A stretch of DNA of 27,262 bases, taken from positions 1 through 27,262 of the forward strand of contig JBCBHI010000001.1 in the NCBI GenBank assembly GCA_038525885.1, given 5' to 3'. Shown here piece by piece: positions 25,509 through 27,262 of the stretch. Position numbers and translations under genes: made by a program. The notes beneath the pieces were generated by a model. The model had not been told where the DNA came from. It worked only from the letters and a program-made list of their open reading frames with translations, and did no database searches. Within the stretch, counting starts at the first letter, position 1. Each line of letters begins with the position of its first letter. Origin of the DNA: Bacteroidota bacterium. GTDB lineage: Bacteria > Bacteroidota > Bacteroidia > Cytophagales > Cyclobacteriaceae.

Positions 25509-26837
25509 TTATAAGAAGATTACATATTGCAAGCGCCCCAGATCAGACCCGGTGCCGCTCACAGCATTGGTATTATGTTGCCACTCCAAGGTGAGCTTGG
25601 AGTTATGTCCGTTAAGCAAATAGTTGAGCCCTACCCCAAGGGTACTTGCAGAGGTATTCTCGTAATTCTCTGAATCCTGGAACTGATCCAGCATGCGCAG
25701 GCTGCCCGTTACGTAGGGTTGCAAGCGATGGCGCACTCCGTCTCCAGGGGTTAAGAAACCCACTTGTGAAAAGACGGTGCCCCCAGAGCCAATGGTCTCG
25801 CCACGGGCGTAGAGGAAGTTAGGGCCAAAATCGTAGTCATAATACACGGCGTAGGCCGTAATAGCCGCCCCTCGGTTGCCTATAGGGCTGTCATAAAATA
25901 CATCAAATCCGAACAGGTTTACGTTGTGCGAGTCCGTCTTGGACTGTACATCCGCCAGGATGGCTGCGGGGTCCGTGAGCGTAGCATCCAGCGGCTGGTT
26001 TGCATCTGTGAGCGTGATAGCCGCGTTTGGATTGGTGTAGAATCCTGCCCCGATGTTGAATACTTTCTTCTTCCCAAAGTAGGTACCTACCATATAGGGG
26101 AGCTTGTTGCTCTCCTGATCCAAAAACTGGTAGTTGAAGTATCCTTGTACAATGTAGCTACCCTGGGCACCGAAGGTGAGGGCCTTGGCATTGATGGTGG
26201 AGTAATCTGCATTGACTGCCCGGGTAGCATCCACGTTGTTAGTCATGGCCTCGTTTACCGCCACGCGGTAGTCCAGCTTACCCAGCTTGCCCTTGGCATA
26301 AATGCCTATATGGCGAGCAAATTGATCAGTGGTATTGATGGTAGGCCAGTTAAACCGCGGCATATCCAGAGGCAGGAAGTTGAGCGTACTCTGGTTGGTA
26401 AGCCGGGAAATTCCGTTCCAGTAGTGCAGCCCGCCCCCTACATACAAGTTCTTCTTGATCGCTTCGTACTCCACCCAGGCATCGTGCATAAACAACTGCG
26501 GACGTCCCTGCCCAATGCCTTGGAGTTGATCTGCCCCCAGGCTGTTGATGCCAAAGTGGGTAAGAATCAGAAATTTGGGAGAGATCTGCGCGTAGAGTAG
26601 AAAACGGGACCGGCGCAGACTTGGGCGGACGGTGAGTTCATCGGTAAGTGCATGGTCTTGGGCAGTGAGCCAAAACTGATGCCAGTTGATGAATCGAATG
26701 TACTTCGATCCGTCCTCGCTTACCTTTAGGGTAATGGCCTTGTAGCCATAGTCGGGTTCTTGATCTTGGGCTATGCTTACAGTACTGGATAATAGCAGCA
26801 GCACGCACCCTACAACAAATAGTCTTAACGATTTCAT
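25509..26837 (-). CDS. Putative outer membrane porin (beta-barrel)
   Basis: Signal peptide; amphipathic strands (RRSRFLLYAQ, LFMHDAWVEY, LTLEWQH); aromatic near the C-terminus (YVIFL); first gene of the transporter run. Confidence 0.7.
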   Translation of the reverse strand: MKSLRLFVVGCVLLLLSSTVSIAQDQEPDYGYKAITLKVSEDGSKYIRFINWHQFWLTAQDHALTDELTVRPSLRRSRFLLYAQISPKFLILTHFGINSLGADQLQGIGQGRPQLFMHDAWVEYEAIKKNLYVGGGLHYWNGISRLTNQSTLNFLPLDMPRFNWPTINTTDQFARHIGIYAKGKLGKLDYRVAVNEAMTNNVDATRAVNADYSTINAKALTFGAQGSYIVQGYFNYQFLDQESNKLPYMVGTYFGKKKVFNIGAGFYTNPNAAITLTDANQPLDATLTDPAAILADVQSKTDSHNVNLFGFDVFYDSPIGNRGAAITAYAVYYDYDFGPNFLYARGETIGSGGTVFSQVGFLTPGDGVRHRLQPYVTGSLRMLDQFQDSENYENTSASTLGVGLNYLLNGHNSKLTLEWQHNTNAVSGTGSDLGRLQYVIFL

Positions 26838-26950
26838 GTGCGTAATCGGTCTTCAGGTTTAGAGAGAGGAGGCCTCCGATTCGCTGAAACCAAGGTGAGC
26901 AGAATAATCCTAAGACCGAATACATCAATACATTTTTGCTAATACTATAG

Positions 26951-27262
26951 CTACTCTCGAAACCGCTCCCATTTAATGAGCATATACTTGTCCCCTAATT
27001 CGGTGATCATCATACCGGCTCCTGACAGGTTACTCTTTTCGGCAAAAAACTCACCTAATTCATTATGATTCAACACTTTGTAGGTTGGTCGATAGTTGTG
27101 ATTTTCGGGTGCCTTTACTTTGTATTTTTTCACCCAATTCATCACACTTACATGGCTCACTCCCAGGATTCGCTCTATCTCCCGGTAGCTCACACCTTCC
27201 AAATATAACTGCAAGGCTTTGGTCACATAGTAGGTATCAATCTGCTTTCCCAGCTTGTTGAC
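26951..27262 (-). CDS. IS1 InsA-like helix-turn-helix protein (5' truncated by window edge)
   Basis: Frame open to the edge: VNKLGKQIDTYYVTKALQLYLEGVSYREIERILGVSHVSVMNWVKKY, then a non-transposase C-terminus ending KWERFRE. Confidence 0.72.
   Translation of the reverse strand, partial: VNKLGKQIDTYYVTKALQLYLEGVSYREIERILGVSHVSVMNWVKKYKVKAPENHNYRPTYKVLNHNELGEFFAEKSNLSGAGMMITELGDKYMLIKWERFRE

Noticed and set aside
24660-26600. 257-aa and 224-aa plus-strand ORFs
   Set aside because: Antisense to the symporter, DUF4212 and porin genes; typical shadow frames.
26951-27262. Active IS1 element
   Set aside because: No InsB/DDE frame, slippery site or terminal inverted repeat is visible downstream.

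Overview
27.3 kb window from a Bacteroidota chromosome, most likely Cytophagia. This assignment is inferred from TAnnTTTG-type promoters, the absence of Shine-Dalgarno motifs and the gene families present. The left two thirds is mostly housekeeping: MacB-like permease end plus TolC, a TPR protein, O-methyltransferase plus LysM lytic transglycosylase, a lone receiver, DUF3078, DUF4269, speA and arginase, an M42 peptidase and a DUF983/AraC divergon. The right third (16.9-27.3 kb, minus strand) is a short-chain carboxylate (acetate-type) cluster: an IS1 InsA-like HTH protein, porin, DUF4212, ActP-like symporter, small membrane protein, SSS-STAC histidine kinase, lone receiver, YhdH/AcuI-like reductase and acs. 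Best leads: (1) an AT-rich higBA module with a perfect 16-bp palindromic operator, bracketed by two ungapped 91-bp direct repeats (78/91 identical) that each combine an intrinsic terminator with a REP-like hairpin, forming a 993-bp cassette behind acs; (2) a stand-alone tyrosine-recombinase catalytic domain with most catalytic residues replaced, which still has a canonical promoter; (3) an IS1-derived HTH protein heading a carboxylate cluster whose two-component system has no DNA-binding output. All family calls are by eye; no searches were run. No rRNA, tRNA or CRISPR array was seen.
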